Positions 1 to 13,580 are shown, counted from the first letter of the whole stretch. The stretch is DNA of 56,860 nucleotides, filler included, from Porpidia crustulata (GCA_964255105.1; 3 parts of 3 records of this genome joined end to end with filler, not necessarily neighbours in it), one strand, 5' to 3'. Notes: a model not told the origin generated them from the letters alone. A program made the numbers and translations.

Positions 1-1891
1 GCGCTGACTTTGAGGGCAAAGTACGCGCTCATTTCGCCTGGGGCGGTGACGCCGTCTTCCCAGCGCGAGCCTTCGCGCTCAAAGTAATCGGCTATGGCGC
101 TCGACGTGGCTATGTCGCCGAGCATCTCGCCGCGGGGACGTGCCTCACCTTCCATGGATTTGGCGGCCATGTGGTCGAGGAATTTTTCCATCAGCGGCTC
201 AAACCAGATGGTACGTTCGGAGTTTCTTGGTTTTTTTGGTCGGTTTCGGTCTTTGTTGTTTTAGGGGCGGGGGGGGTGGGGGGGGAGCCGGGGGTGGCGG
301 AGGCCGAAGGCACCGCAGGCTCGGGAGTCAGTGCCGTGGGAGGAGATTTTGCCGTTGGCGTGGAGGGCATGGAAGTGGTAGTCGCCAAAAGCGAGGGAAA
401 TGATGGATTTGCTTTGAAGACCTGGGATTCGAGTTGGGTATGGTAGCTCAGAATCAGGCCCGTTGGGCCCTTCAGAGGCGGAATGGAAAGCGTTCAAGAG
501 ACTTTCATGAGCTGTTAGGACAGAGCCGGACTTGGTGAAGAGAGCAAAGTGAAGGTAAGAGCCCTGGAGGTCGCGAATTTCAAAGGGGGAAGAGTCGGGT
601 GGGTAGAACGTTGTGAGTTCAATGGGTTCCGGTTGATCGAAGTTTTGCAGAGAGGAGGTTCCTAAGGGGTAGCAGAAGAGCTTGTTAAGATCGGTGGTGA
701 ATATTATGTAGTGTGCAAGAAGGATGTGATTGGTGACCTCCCCAATTCGAGATTCAAGACTGAGCAATTCAGTGCGGCTGTTGCTTTTGCGGCGATAGCC
801 AGTCCCCGGAACTGTCGTTGCGTCGACAAGAATGGCATCCCCGAACTCGCCTTCCGAGTCAGTAGATAGGTCTGAGTCCCAATGTACTATGCCTACACCT
901 ATTATGTAGATAGACGATCGATCCCATCCTGGTTTTCATGGAGTAAGCGGTTAATTCCAGTCATCAATCTCGAGAGGAGCCAACCTGCTGCGACCCTTTC
1001 CACAACCCTTCCATCTACATCTACATGCAATGGCTTAACAAGGAAAGCTGTTTCTCTGGTCCACATCCAGATCCTGCCATCATCCGAGAGACCTAGAATG
1101 TGTGTGCGGCCCGTAGAATACTGACGAATGGCCGTACTGGGCTCGTATCGTTCGTTAGTCGTAGGCGGATACGCTGGTGGGAAGCTAAGCTTCTTGAGTT
1201 CCTCACCGCGTACTTCAGTGAAGGTCAAGCCATTGAAGATACCAAAAGCGTAGATGACTCCAGTTGAATTAAGTAAGGTTGTCGACCATCCCCTGCCAGA
1301 GTCAGAATACATTTTCACGTCAAGCCTGAGTTCATGATACTACCAACCCGCACTGCACATCGGCTATAATACCAACATCCTCATCAATGTCCTCGATCAT
1401 CACCCTCCTTGGCCATCCTGATCTTTTACCCAGGCTACGTAACGGCCGCCGTAGCCTTCGTGCTGGTCCAGTCTGCTGCCTCTCTAATCTTGTTTCGGCT
1501 GTGTGACCAAGGCTCCCTTTGTCATCGTTGCCCCAGGTAAAGAGTTGAGTCTGGGTAGCTAGGTTCTTGTACAGCCATTGCCACCGGGCACCGTCTGCTT
1601 GCAACAGGGGTTGAGGTGGGATTCGAAATGTTATTCTGGTAAGCGAACGCCAGTATGTGGGATCTTGACGATAAGCTAGGAACAGCCTCTGAGATAGTCA
1701 AGCGTCAGTTCAAGGTAATTATGGCAGACCACTAGGACTTACATTAGCGCTTGTAAAGCGAAGGAACTCAGAGGCAGTGAGGTACGGGAAGATGGTGTAA
1801 AGAATATCGACAGCTGTGGGCCCGAGTCAGCTCCCTTTCGTGTGTCCTCAGCTCCGCACTGGAACCTACGAAGGTCCGTGATGCTTGTCAT
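1..1891 (-). CDS. SAF1: F-box + RCC1-repeat protein, SCF-associated factor Saf1/Pof9-like; multi-exon, 3' end truncated by contig edge
   Basis: ATG at 1891. Spliced N-terminus MTSITDLPVDILYTIFPYLTASEFL is F-box-like. RCC1-type segments LFTWGNDDKGSLG, QCG/GWSTTLL, STGRTHILGL, LAFGDYHFHAL and the distal RTIWFEP...YFALKVSA. In-frame TAA at 261-263 lies in a suspicious poly-G stretch (see findings). Confidence 0.85.
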
Positions 1892-2976
1892 GGTCTGATT
1901 CAGACATAAGCGCAAATATAGATTGGAAGGCTTTATGGGTTCAAGGTAGGTAGGTGATTCTGGTTGGAGAGAGCTCAGTTGACTGATTTAGTTCTATATT
2001 CCTGCTGGGGCAAGATACATGGACTCTGAATTTTGACTTGTGATAGCGCTACGTCATCGAGGTGCCATCATTTCTTGGTTGCGTGTCTTAGAGACGCCAA
2101 TACCGTTCAGGTAGATACTTGAATTCTCACATCAATAAAGCATACGGCTTAACATTCGATTGCTACCGTACGATTCTAGGTGTTGATCATATGCAATCAC
2201 AGAAGTTGATAGCCAAGCTGAGACAATGGACGAATCCTTTCCTACCCCTTTCCGTTTATTGTTCCATGGCCAAGCCCCAAATCAGTGAGCCAGTGATACC
2301 ACTGCCCTGTAGATATCAGTTCTTGTAGTCCTCCATCTTCACGATCGATCAACCTTTGACGATCCAACGTCGATTTGTCGGGTGGTCTCTTGAACTCCCG
2401 GAAGCCACGTCTCGTAAATTAGAGATCAACGTAAACTCGATATCGACAGCCATTTGCCGATGAGTCAACGGAGATGATTGATTCGGACTAGATTAGAACA
2501 TTGCATCAAACCCTCCATCGCACGCTCTCAGACTGCGGCATTTGAAACTCTTCACTACCACTTCTTCTTTGTGTGGAATGTTCATCCAATGGCGGCCGTT
2601 AGTCTGCTCTAGTAGCCCCTACGTGATCTTTCCAGACTCACTTATAATGCCTCTCCATGAGTGTCACATCACAGAGGCTTTCCGCCACTACACTGACGCT
2701 TTGGCAGCGAGACATGGGCGTTTTTGGCTTGCGGCTATGTTCTACGATGATAAGCCTGACTGTGCTGCTGACCATGGATGAAAGCTCAAGCCCTAAGGTT
2801 GACGCGGAGATGCAGTTCTCGAGCATTGGATAGGAAAGTAGTGATCTCCTCTGCACTTTTCAGTGCCTTTCCTGGCGGCTGGTCTTGAGTCCCATCTCGT
2901 AATGGCCTTACACAGGCTGGCTTAGAAAAGGGAAGGCTTTTCTGTGTTTTATTTTCCATCTAATCCGGGGAACTTT

Positions 2977-4050
2977 TCATCGTGGAGGTGGTGCATAAGT
3001 CATCGGGCCTGGTGTGATGTATGCGCCACTAGCAGGTCCAGCATATCTTCTGATGAGCTCTTCCCGATCGCGAATTTCCCTCTCGTTCTGCATCAAAACA
3101 CAGCAGCAGCAACACAGCGACTTCAGGCAGTCGGATCCAAGGCTACCGCTCAGATGATACGATTTCCGGATTCTGGTGCGTTGGATCGAGGCGAATATCC
3201 CTGATAAAAACTGTCAGCCCCAATTTGTCTGAGCTCCCAAGCAGCCATCCTCACATTGAAAACCGCAGACCACAGCCATAAGGCCACAGGAGCCGTTACA
3301 TGCATTATATCCCAAAAGATCTGTAGGGTCTTGCTTTTGAGCTTTCCTTGAGAGTCGATACTGCGTCTTTCCATATACCATGCAAGGACAGATTATTCCC
3401 ATACAGCAAAGTGCGTCCGCCTCACAGAACCCATGTTTCCATTCAGGTTGGACCGCAGCATTCGGATGCGAAACTTGGCCTGGCCGATGGTCCCCATACG
3501 TGGCATTTGGGCCCGCTGGTGATAGTGGATTGTAGATAAGTGGTGTTCCATCAACGTCTGGGTTGAGTACCGTCACCCGTGCTTTGGGTTCCTCCTGAAT
3601 AGCAGTACCCATTGGGGGTACACTCGACGATCTCTGTACATCTTGCGTTTTCATAGGAACAGGGCCTGGAGATTGCGGGCTTTGCATTGAGGGGAGCGCT
3701 TCGGCATCTCGCGGCGCGGATTGTTGCACGTAAGGAGCAGTGTATGCAGGATGAACTTGATGGATTGCTGGAACCTTGTACGCGGATCCAGTTCGCGCAA
3801 GCTGATCTTTCTCCGCCGGAATTGGGGAGCGAATATTGCCTTGTCCAACTTCCCCAATGCCTTCGCGCGGAGATATCGGAGACTCATCAATAGTCGAGTT
3901 GGTAGGGCTCGAAAACTGGTGAAAAACTCCCCGTTGCATCTCATCAGGGGTCTTGAGATATGAGTATCGTGGGTTGCGATTAAGGTTGTCCGTCTGTAAT
4001 GGCACCGTAGCTAATCCTCGTGGACGAGAACCGTTCTGGTTGTATGCCAT
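2977..4050 (-). CDS. PLAC8-family Cys-rich protein with long disordered N-terminus (2 exons)
   Basis: EWKHGFC..LCCMGIICPCMVYGKT. After a GTGAGG..CAG intron: IFASIQRTRIRKSYHLSGSLGSDCLKSLCCCCCVLMQNEREI, stop at 2977-2979. Confidence 0.88.
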
Positions 4051-4727
4051 ACTTGATAACTCTTCCACCCGGAGTAGACGAAAGAAGGGACTGAGGGAAT
4101 CCAAGAACTAAATGAACATCGTGATCCTATTTGAAGGGGTACAATGATCTTAGGGGTTTCAGATGGGGGGATGTTAGGCGCAGCCGTGTGAGGCAATCGT
4201 TGATTAATTGGCCGGAACCAACAGTAAGCATATCGTAGTCGTACGAGGTTTGAGTTGTAAACGCTGGAGCAGCGATCCGCTAGCCCTTTTTAGTACTGGC
4301 TAAAATCATTTATGAAGATCATCGAGGAGGCTGAACATCGTAATATCATCATCATTATAAGAAGGCTTGTCGTAACACATTGTCTCTCCGCGCGAACGGA
4401 GCCAGGTCCATCCTTGGTTTTCTCTAATGTAGCAAGCTTGCGAGACGAAACTATACTTTGAGCGCTGTGTCTCTCCAGAATGATTACCCTCCATAGCACT
4501 AGAAGTGGAAGACCAATTATTAACGCCTACAGCATGAGTGAAAAGATCCGTAGCTCCAATGTGTCCTCTCGTTTTGCCCTCCGACCATTCTCTAGCTCTC
4601 GCTATGCACCAAAGATCAAACCCAGCAGACTCGCATTTGAGGGTATAGAATTCGAAAGGAAATAACGCCAATTGCTCCAGAATAAACGGAAGTATCCAAA
4701 GTGCCTTAGGTGCTGGAACCCATCCTC

Positions 4728-6101
4728 TCAGTACCTGTTGCCTTTTGGCAGAGCGACGAAAGCTGCCGTGAGAGTAATCGTAATGATCAACGCCCAAGCC
4801 TCGGCCTGTCTCACCATTCTGTTCTGGACAAGGGCCAGGCCATTTACGTGCACTTTCACTTCTTTATCGAAGATCCTTCTCCACAGAGATTTTTTCTGCC
4901 ATTTCTTCTCCCAGAACTCCTTCATTGATCCATTTGAACTACCAAAAACTTCCATTTTCACCGGCCATCTCGATTTCGTGTCCGCGTAAGAAATATTCGA
5001 GCCATTGATTGATGATGCGTTGTCGCCTCGGATAAGATCGCCATCATCATCCTCATCGCCTACTTCCCAAGGCTTGACACTGCGGGTGCGACGCCTGTGG
5101 AGAAGAATGCAAAGGCCTTGACGCGCTGCTATCAAGTTGGTGATCCCGAAAAACCAGAAGAGTGCGGCAAAGATGCGCCACCAGCGAGATGCGGATGAAA
5201 GAGCCAACAGTATAGTGGTGATGAACCCAAAGATCAACATTGTAGCGCCCAAGCAGCGAAGGAAAATTGTCCGAGGCCGGTTGCCATTGCAGACCGACCA
5301 GCGAATAAAACTTGGGTGAGCTTCTTTTCGAAGGATTGAATCGAGGAGATCTCTTATTGGAAAGAAGGCGGATGGGTGAGTTGTATGTCGCAAGGCATGG
5401 AGCACAGCTACACGGTCCTTGCGTGACAAATTGAGCTCTCTCGGGCTGCCGGACATGAGGTAGTGTGATGCAATTCGGTCTATCTCCTTGCGGAATGGTT
5501 GCACATAAAGAGTCTCGTCGGTCTCAATAGTATGTAACGAACTGAATGTTTCTGGGTCGCACGGACGCAACGAGCCGAGTACCTCCGAATGCAGCATCTG
5601 CTGTCCTTCCAAAGGCAAGTCGCATGTGAGTTCTCGTTCTTTTTGGAGTTTGACGTCTGGTAGAGACATAGAAGCTAGGGTGTTTCCAGAGAGCCTACGC
5701 GAGGCGTGTGGACAGTCCACGGAAGAGCAAGCTGGGTTTTCAAAATTCCACATGGGCGACATGTATTTTTCTGAGCTTGGCGCATGCGTAAAACGATGGA
5801 AGTAATCTACCAGCCAAAGATAAAATTGTAGGTTCTCGCCTTCGCATCTGACATTCACCAAGTAATCCATGAACTCTTGCAAAGTGCAGGGCTATTCAAA
5901 CATTTAGCACGGTACAGAAGCACAATTGATTTGACGTACTGGCATTGCCTTATCTGCGAGGACTTGTTCGAAAGATAGCTCCGGAGGTATTGTACTTTGG
6001 TTACATTTTGCTCTGTCAACGTGCTTTTGAAATTGAGACGAAATGAAAGGACCGCCGGGCTTCGCAATATATCCTGGAAGTTTATAGAAGAGTAAAGACA
6101 T
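4728..6101 (-). CDS. Fungal RGS-like domain protein with C-terminal transmembrane helices
   Basis: Spliced IPPELSFEQVLADKAMP/PCTLQEFMDYL..ENLQFYLW and YLMSGSPRELNLS (RGS-like), followed by hydrophobic TM segments (LGATMLIFGFITTILLAL, WWRIFAALFWFFGI, WALIITITLTAAFVAL). Confidence 0.8.
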
Positions 6102-6715
6102 CACGAATCAATATAATGATACTGGACGTAAGCATAAAAGAATGTAGCGTGAGGAAACGAGTAGACAACGTTGAGGAAGAGAGCAGCTTTAGATGAATAT
6201 CAACGGTAGCGCAAGGGACGCGTTATCTAGATTCTGTGCTGGTAGAGCATGATTTGAAAGATCCACAGGTAAGACTCGAAGAAATTAACCCAAAAGCCAG
6301 CTGCGGGCCTGACCCGATAAACTTCGGCGGCCTAGATCACAGATGGATGGTAGGTCCAACGAGGAAACTTTTGGAAAGGAATCTAGCATTCGGAGCATTG
6401 CTAAACATTGATTCCCTATGTGGGGGGACGGCAGGCCATGATCAATGCGATTGGCAAATCTTTAGGGCTCGCAATCAAATCTCCACATGAGGATGTCAGG
6501 CATCCCATCGTGATGGCAGCATCGCCATGTACGTGCGGCTGAAGGCTGTGTTGATTTTAATCGTTCACCACTAACATTAGGGAGTAGCGAGTAGGGGCCG
6601 TGTTTCTGAAAGCTCTTGTCCCATCCTATATCTGCTCATCCCGTTTGATATGATTAACTATTTCCATGTCTGGATAAGTAAATTCTTGGTGAAGCCATGA
6701 TTGTACGCAAGTAAC

Positions 6716-7120
6716 TTGCTCGCATATTAGATTTTTGAACATCACTTTTGTATTGCCTCGAAGCAATCGCATATTCAGCTTACAATCAACATAGCAAGCC
6801 AAAAATCTTCCGAAAATGTAGAGATATTATGCTATCTGTTTTGTCCTCTGAAAGTTGGAATTGATGTAGTTCTGACTTTGTGAAAACAGTCTCAACATGT
6901 TTTGCGCTGTACACAACTTTCATAGAGACCGTAAATATTATTTTTATAACATGTACTGAGACTTGAGAGATTGATGTTAACAATACGGTATCTATGTAAC
7001 ACGTTTGTTCGTGTGGTTTTTGGAAATCTCCAGCTGGCCATTGTTGACTGTAAGCTGAACATGTGATGTTTAGCTTCTGCAAAAAAGCAATGTTCAAAAT
7101 TCAGAATGCGACGGGAGCAA
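6716..7120. mobile_element. Degenerate fold-back / MITE-like element (~400 bp imperfect inverted repeat)
   Basis: TTCAGCTTACAATCAACA (6774-6791) pairs 17/18 with TGTTGACTGTAAGCTGAA (7042-7059). Imperfect complementarity extends out to TTGCT (6716)/AGCAA (7120) and inward (AGTCTCAACATGTT vs AACATGTACTGAGACT). AT-rich and non-coding. Confidence 0.6.
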
Positions 7121-7576
7121 ACACACCTCAAATATAGGGATATGTAACAGTTCACAACAGCGCATTATTATCGTTCACGTTCTGCAATCGAATGATCCAA
7201 AATGGACTACCAAAATTCAACATGGTTCGTAGTCTACACCTTTGAAAAAACGGCTCCCCTATCAACGGTCCTTGAACCGAGGAGCAGGTCACCGTAGGTT
7301 TCGAATCTTACCACCGGCCACCTGCACTCGAGAACTAATCCTACAAGAACAATATAGAGAGATCCTTCGCATTCGAGGTTTTGATAGAACGTGGGTCTGT
7401 TGGTCTTGTGCTTTTGGATAGTATACAATAATTACATATCCTCGGTACCATCAAAGTCAGCAGCCTATATTGAGTATGACAATCAGGAGTCACAGAGCGA
7501 TGCATTCGCTTTCAATCGTTGGCCTTCGTCAAGGGCCAGCCCACCCATGCTTGAGCTCCGGCAGTCTTTGCCGACC

Positions 7577-8674
7577 TCAAACCTGCGGTCTTAGCGGATC
7601 AACCGTCCCCTTCGCCTTTGCGGTCTCTGGGGTGCCTTCTCCTTTCTTGCTCTTGTCTGGGTGGTTTGCAATATCAAAGGGATATTTAGTGTCAGTGTTT
7701 GACAATCCTTCTTGTTTCGCCGATTGGCTGTGTTGACCTCTGGGAGACTTTGCCGTAGCAGCCTATCAAGTCGTCAGCCTTGACAGTCGCAGTAGTCTCC
7801 AGGGTAATCTCTGGAATCTCACCTTATCTGCGATCCTGCCACTCTCGTCCCTGGTACCATCTTCTTCATCGCTTTCACCTTGCTTATTGCCATAGTCGCT
7901 CTCGATTCTCAACTTATTATACCCCTTTGCATCTGGAATATGTTTTCTAGTATCTGTCTGCTCGTTGTTCTCATCGCCTGCGTTGGTAGCGCCTTTGAAT
8001 TGCACGCCATCAACATCTCCTCCACCCTTCCCTTTCTCGTGAGCGACATTCTCCGAACCTTCGTCCTCAGAAGTATCGGGCGTTGCTTGTTGATCACCTC
8101 CCTCACTTTCCGAGTCTTCAGATTTGTCTCCCCCTGTTCCTCCAGCAGATTCGTCACTCTTCTCCCCCTCAGCATCTTGGTCATTGCTTCCAGTAACCCC
8201 ATCTCCGTCATTGCCTTCTATACCAGCCTCCTCTCCTTCTTCAGCTTCCTGGCTGTGTCGGTCATGCTCTTTGTGTACTTCCTCCCCATGCTCATGCCCA
8301 TGCTCATGGCTCTTCTCGGGACCCGGCTGTAACAAATAGTAAAGACAGGGCGCCGTAATAGTGACGGAAGTAATAGCCCTGTATGAACCCAATTAGCCGT
8401 GTCTAGCTGGAGAATCTGAATTAGTTCACGAGATCCACAGGAGTGACTGTGGCTGTAGCGAGCGAGAGTAACATTTTGTAAATGGCCTTGCTGGTATTGC
8501 AACTTACCATGGTAGATCACTGCTAGATTTGTGAGTAGAATGCTCGCCACCACTGGCGTAACCTCGTCTTCGGATTTCTCGCCATGCGTATGTACCGGGT
8601 CGACGTTGAGCTGCTCTGGTAGATTGGTTCATAAGGCGAGCGGACCACCGGCCGGAAGCTCTTAAAAGCGCCAT
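7577..8674 (-). CDS. Hypothetical protein: Arg-rich presequence-like N-terminus, one TM helix, acidic low-complexity region (3+ exons)
   Basis: MALLRASGRWSARLMNQSTRAAQRR...RRGYAS...SDLPW|AITSVTITAPCLYYLL, then an E/D/G-rich region, ending QEGLSNTDTK...SKKGEGTPETAKAKGTVDPLRPQV*. The 3' end could splice to a further exon. Confidence 0.75.
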
Positions 8675-9358
8675 TGTGGCACGAATCTGTATTTAAGGAG
8701 AAGAAAGGGAAAGGCAGAGAATCCGCCCAGACTCGATATACAGGTTCCCCGAGCTTAAAAGAGGGACGAATATGCAAGAGACTTCTTCAATGGCTCAACG
8801 GTGGTAAAGCGGTAGGTTCTGGTGGTATTATACGGTCAACTTGGGCTTACAGGGATTAGCTCTTAGCGGCTCGCTTCGCCCTCTCAGGTACGTCAAAAGG
8901 CTTGAACGGTGCTTTACTATTAACGGGTAACGGTTAAGAGCTTCAAGGTAACGTTACCCTCAGGTCCACATAAGGTACATGAATTATCCTGCCCTATTAT
9001 AAGAATGAGCTCTAAAGTATGAAAACCGTATGCACGTGAACGCCAACACGGATACTTTGGCTATCATGTCTTGAGACTTGCAGATGAAAGACCAGGTACA
9101 CCTACCAGTACGAGCTTTCCGTACGCTGGATAATACAGACTAGGCAGGCCAGGCATGGAAAAAGGATCGGTCAATGATTCAAAGACAGCAATACTTAGTG
9201 ACTCATCCAAAGGGCGAACTTGGTGAAGATATAACACATGAGCAAGACTGTTCACATTAGCTCTAAAGCTGCTGTCATATCCTATGTGACATCTGGATAA
9301 TTTGTTCTCCTTCTGAGGGTAAATTGGCTTGTGTCATTACGAAACTCATGCCATCGTA

Positions 9359-12300
9359 ATGGCGCCAGTTGTGCTTCAAGCTCCTACTGCTGCTAATGTC
9401 CTTGCATTACTTCCAAAGCTTAGCGATGCAGACGCTGACATACGATACATGTCACTGGATGACCTTGATAAGACCTTGAGAGCTAGTACACCGGTCTTCT
9501 TATCGAACGATTATCACACAAGCGCAAGGATTATTGACTGCTTGCTCAAAACCATTGACGATCAACATGGAGAGGTTCAGAATCAGGCCATTAAATGGTA
9601 AAAGCGCTTATGATTTTGCTAAAAAAGTGTATGACTGATCCAGAGTATGCAGTCTTGGTACCTTAACACTCAAGTTACCATCAGATATCCTGGCTCCGCT
9701 CATTGAGAAACTTTCAAACCTTAAGACCGCTCACTCACTCGACAATTCAGTTCGATCCACTTCGCTAAGAACCTTTATTACCGCTTTCCCTCAGCCCGTA
9801 CCTGGTACGGCACCCCCTAAAGCAACGCAGGATGCTTACTCCGCAGTCAGCAAGGTCCTGATACCGCGTCTAGTCGGGTATATAGTAGTTCCGCATGGGC
9901 TCAAGAATCACCCTGATCCGCCTGCGGGTATGCTGGAAATTGATGCAGAGAAGGGCGTTGATAGCGATGCAATCGACGTTCTCGTCGAGGTGATCAGATG
10001 TTTTGGGCCAATGCTCCAAGACTCGGAAAAGCAAGCGCTACTGAAGAGCATTACAAACATCTTCGATAGTGAACGCACTGGAAGTGTCGTAAAGAAGAAG
10101 GCTGTAATTGCCATCTCATTGTTGGTGATATATCTGCCGGATCGCCTATTAAGCACATTTGTGTCTAATACCATTGAAAGCTTTCGAAGCCCTCATCTGA
10201 TACTTCCAAAAAGGCGTTTGTTGATTACTATGATTGGTTCGATTGCTAGATCCGTGCCCAAACGGATTGGCCCCTATCTGAAAACTGTTGCTCCATTTGT
10301 GCTCAGTGCCCTTAGCAAGCAGGAGTACGAGGAAGCTTTGGAGGAAATAGCTGAGAATGGTGCTTCGAACCCAGAACTAGAAGAGGTCCACGAAGCCGCA
10401 CTAGTAGCATTGGAAGGACTCTTGTCATGCTGTAGTAATAATATGCGGATCTACACCGATGAAGCCATCGAAGCGGCTGTTCGATATGTCAATTACAATC
10501 CGAATATGGCCACAAACGAAGAAGATGAGGAAATGGGGGGAACACAGGAAGAGGGTGCGGCCGGTGACGTGGAGGATGGATTCGATGAAGAGGAGGATTT
10601 TGAAGAAGAGACGGTCATGAGCGATGACGAGGACTCAAGCTGGAAAGTGCGGCGATGTGCAGCCAAAGTTCTTTACGCCATCATCTCCACAAGAAGCAAT
10701 GGGGATCTACTGGAGAATGGAACTTTGTATGAAAAAATTGCACCTGTGCTTATTGGCTGCTTCAAAGAACGAGAGGAAAATGTTCGGCTTGAGGTACTTG
10801 TAACCTTAGGGTGCCTAATTCGTAAGACTGGCGAAGGGACATCGTTATCAACGTCCATTGGAGATCATGAATTGGACACCTCAGTATCTAGCATATCACG
10901 CTCACGCAAGCGCCGTAGGGGCGGTAGCGACGCAGCGTTTGACACACCAGGCTCTCTTTCCTTTGCGATGGGTGTGAGCTCTCCTGCCCCCTCCCCATCT
11001 CCAGTCTCGGGCCCGAAAGCAGATCTTGCTCGCCTTATCCCCTCCATCGTTCGAGAAATTGCAAAATTGCTCAAACAGAGTTCCGTTCCCACTAAGCAGG
11101 CCAGTATCGCGGTTTTACGAGATATGGTCCTTGTTCAGCATGGAGGTCTTTCGGAGCATCTGGGGAATATTATCGAACCGCTCGTGGATGCAATAAAGGC
11201 CACTGCTGTTGGATCCGCGGTAGTTTCAGTTGGTACTTCGGCTTCAGCAACTGCTAGCAAGGTACGAATCGAAGCGCTTCAGCTTGTCAGCGCGGTGTGC
11301 GACACTCATTCCTCAAGGGTTGTTGCCCTGTACATCGCAAAGCTCATACCGAGTGTAGTCATGGCGGTCAAAGATAAATATTATAAGGTTTCCAGCGAGG
11401 CTATCAACTTAGTAGAGAGTATCGTCAAACTTTTAACACCTCCTCGATCCGCTAGTGCTGAGCCACAATACCGGATTCATCTCGGAAATCTTTACGACGT
11501 TATACTCGATCGAGCCATTGCGACTGATGCTGACTTAGAAGTACGACAGCGAGCAATCCACGCCCTTGGCGTACTTCTAGCACGTACTTCCGGTCCAAAC
11601 CCAACGAAATTACTTCCAGGTGCTAAGAGAAGGGGCGCCCTTGATGTACTATCCGATCGCCTGAAGAATGAGACAACCCGGCTATCTGCGGTTCAAGCGG
11701 TAGACTTAGTAGCCGCCTCAGCAGTGGAGGAGGACGATCTTCATACAGGCTGGGTGCAAAATGTCACGCTTGAATTAGGCGCTCAACTACGAAAATCTGA
11801 CCGTGTCCTTCGAGGAGCGAGTTTGACCGCTTTGAGAAATTTGACCTCCAACCATACAGCACTGGGGCTCCTCAATGACAAAACAGTATCCGAACTGGCT
11901 GGAATGCTACTCCCACTTCTCCACGCAAACGATCTTAACCTACTCGGATTAGCATTGGTAATTCTTTCAAAGCTTATCAACCATAGCCCGGGAAAAGTAG
12001 TCGACACGAACCTTGACAAAGCCTTATGTGAAATTATTCTCGCCCCGCTTGGTGGAGCCGTCCTGGACGCTTTCCTATCTCTGGTAGAATCAATAGGCCG
12101 CCAAGGTGTTGGCCAATTACTTATGCATTGCTTGCTCAGGAATGTGGGTGTCACCGGCGACCCGACCATTGTTGGCAAGGCTATCGGCACACTACTTGTA
12201 TCTGGAGGCGTTACGGTTGGAATCAAGATCGACAGCTTTGTCAATGAGCTGCAATCCAACGTCGATGATAAACGCAAGTGTTTGGCTCTCGCTATACTTG

Positions 12301-13580
12301 GAGAAGCAGGTTTACGCTTGGGATCATCATCCCCTCTACAGCCGGAACTCTTCACCGCTCAATTTAAATCACGATCAGAACGAGTACCACGGGCTGCAGC
12401 TGTTGCTTTAGGACGTGCTGGCGCTGGTAACATTAAGACATACTTACCCATCATATTGTCAACCTCTAGCCAGTCCGGTAACTTTCAGTATTTGTCATTA
12501 CATGCTATAAAGGAGGTTCTACAATTCGCCGGTGACTCTCGGTCAACTCTCTCATTATATACGAAGGAAATATGGGACGAGCTCTTAGTAGCTTCACAGG
12601 CAGAAGATAATAAGGCGGTAGGAGCTGAGTGCATTGGAAGATTAGCTGTTATCGAACCGAAATCATTCCTCCCATTATTACAGGTAAGAACTGACCATCT
12701 AGATGTACTCACAAATGCTAATTTCCGGCCATCTATAGAAATACCTTCAAGATCCAGTACCGACAGTGAGAGGAATGGTAATCCAAGCGATCCGATTTAC
12801 CTTCGCCGATAGCGACGACACATTCGATGAAACTCTCAAACCCTTACTGATTAAGATGCTATTTACTATGCTTAGCGATTATGATTTAGAGAATAAAAGA
12901 TTAGCCTTGAGCGCTCTCAATTCTGCCACGCACAATAAACCCGATATTATCCTACCTCACCTATCGCAGCTTCTGCCTTCTGTTATGGAGGATACCCATG
13001 TTCGCCCAGAACTCGTACGAGAAGTACAGATGGGGCCTTTCAAGCACAAAGTTGATGACGGGCTTGAAGTACGCAAGGTTAGTCGTTCGATCTTTACGAG
13101 TCCCCGTGGTTGAGCTCGGTGACTGATGGAAGTTGACAGAGTGCCTATGAGACACTCTATGCTCTTATGGAGAGTGCATATACGCGCATGAATCCTGTAG
13201 AGCTGTTTGATCGCGTTGTCGTTGGCCTCGAAGATGAGCACGAAATCAGAGTGCTCTGCAATCTAATGCTAACGAAACTGATTGTCCTTGACCCGGAAGA
13301 GACAGTGCGGCGGTTGGATTCCATTGCCGAGCGCTTTCGCGCAGTGCTGTCTTTCAAGCCCAAGGAGAATGCCGTCAAGCAAGAAGTCGAGAAAGCGAAC
13401 GAAGCAAGCAAAGGCGTACTCAAGGTCACAATATTACTCAATAATGTCTTCTCAGGAGCTGCGAGCTCGTTGGCCAACCCCCAAGGGCAAGGGTGGAGGA
13501 CATATGTTGAATGGGCAGCAAAGGATTTCAGGTTGCAATTTCATGCAATGGAGCAAGAAGTCAAGGACCAGACTACATAG
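9359..13580 (+). CDS. CAND1: Cullin-associated NEDD8-dissociated protein 1 (CAND1/TIP120), single full-length gene; introns 9598-9652, 12684-12738, 13078-13139
   Basis: [92 protein letters not shown] (TIP120 C-terminal motif). Confidence 0.96.

Noticed and set aside
8947..8958. Palindrome GGTAACGTTACC in the divergent promoter upstream of CAND1
   Set aside because: Single 12-bp palindrome with no factor I can assign and no evidence of function.
9359..13580. Possible split CAND1 (CandA-N/CandA-C as in Aspergillus nidulans), suggested by separate ORFs
   Set aside because: Canonical introns join all ORFs in frame into one ordinary full-length CAND1.
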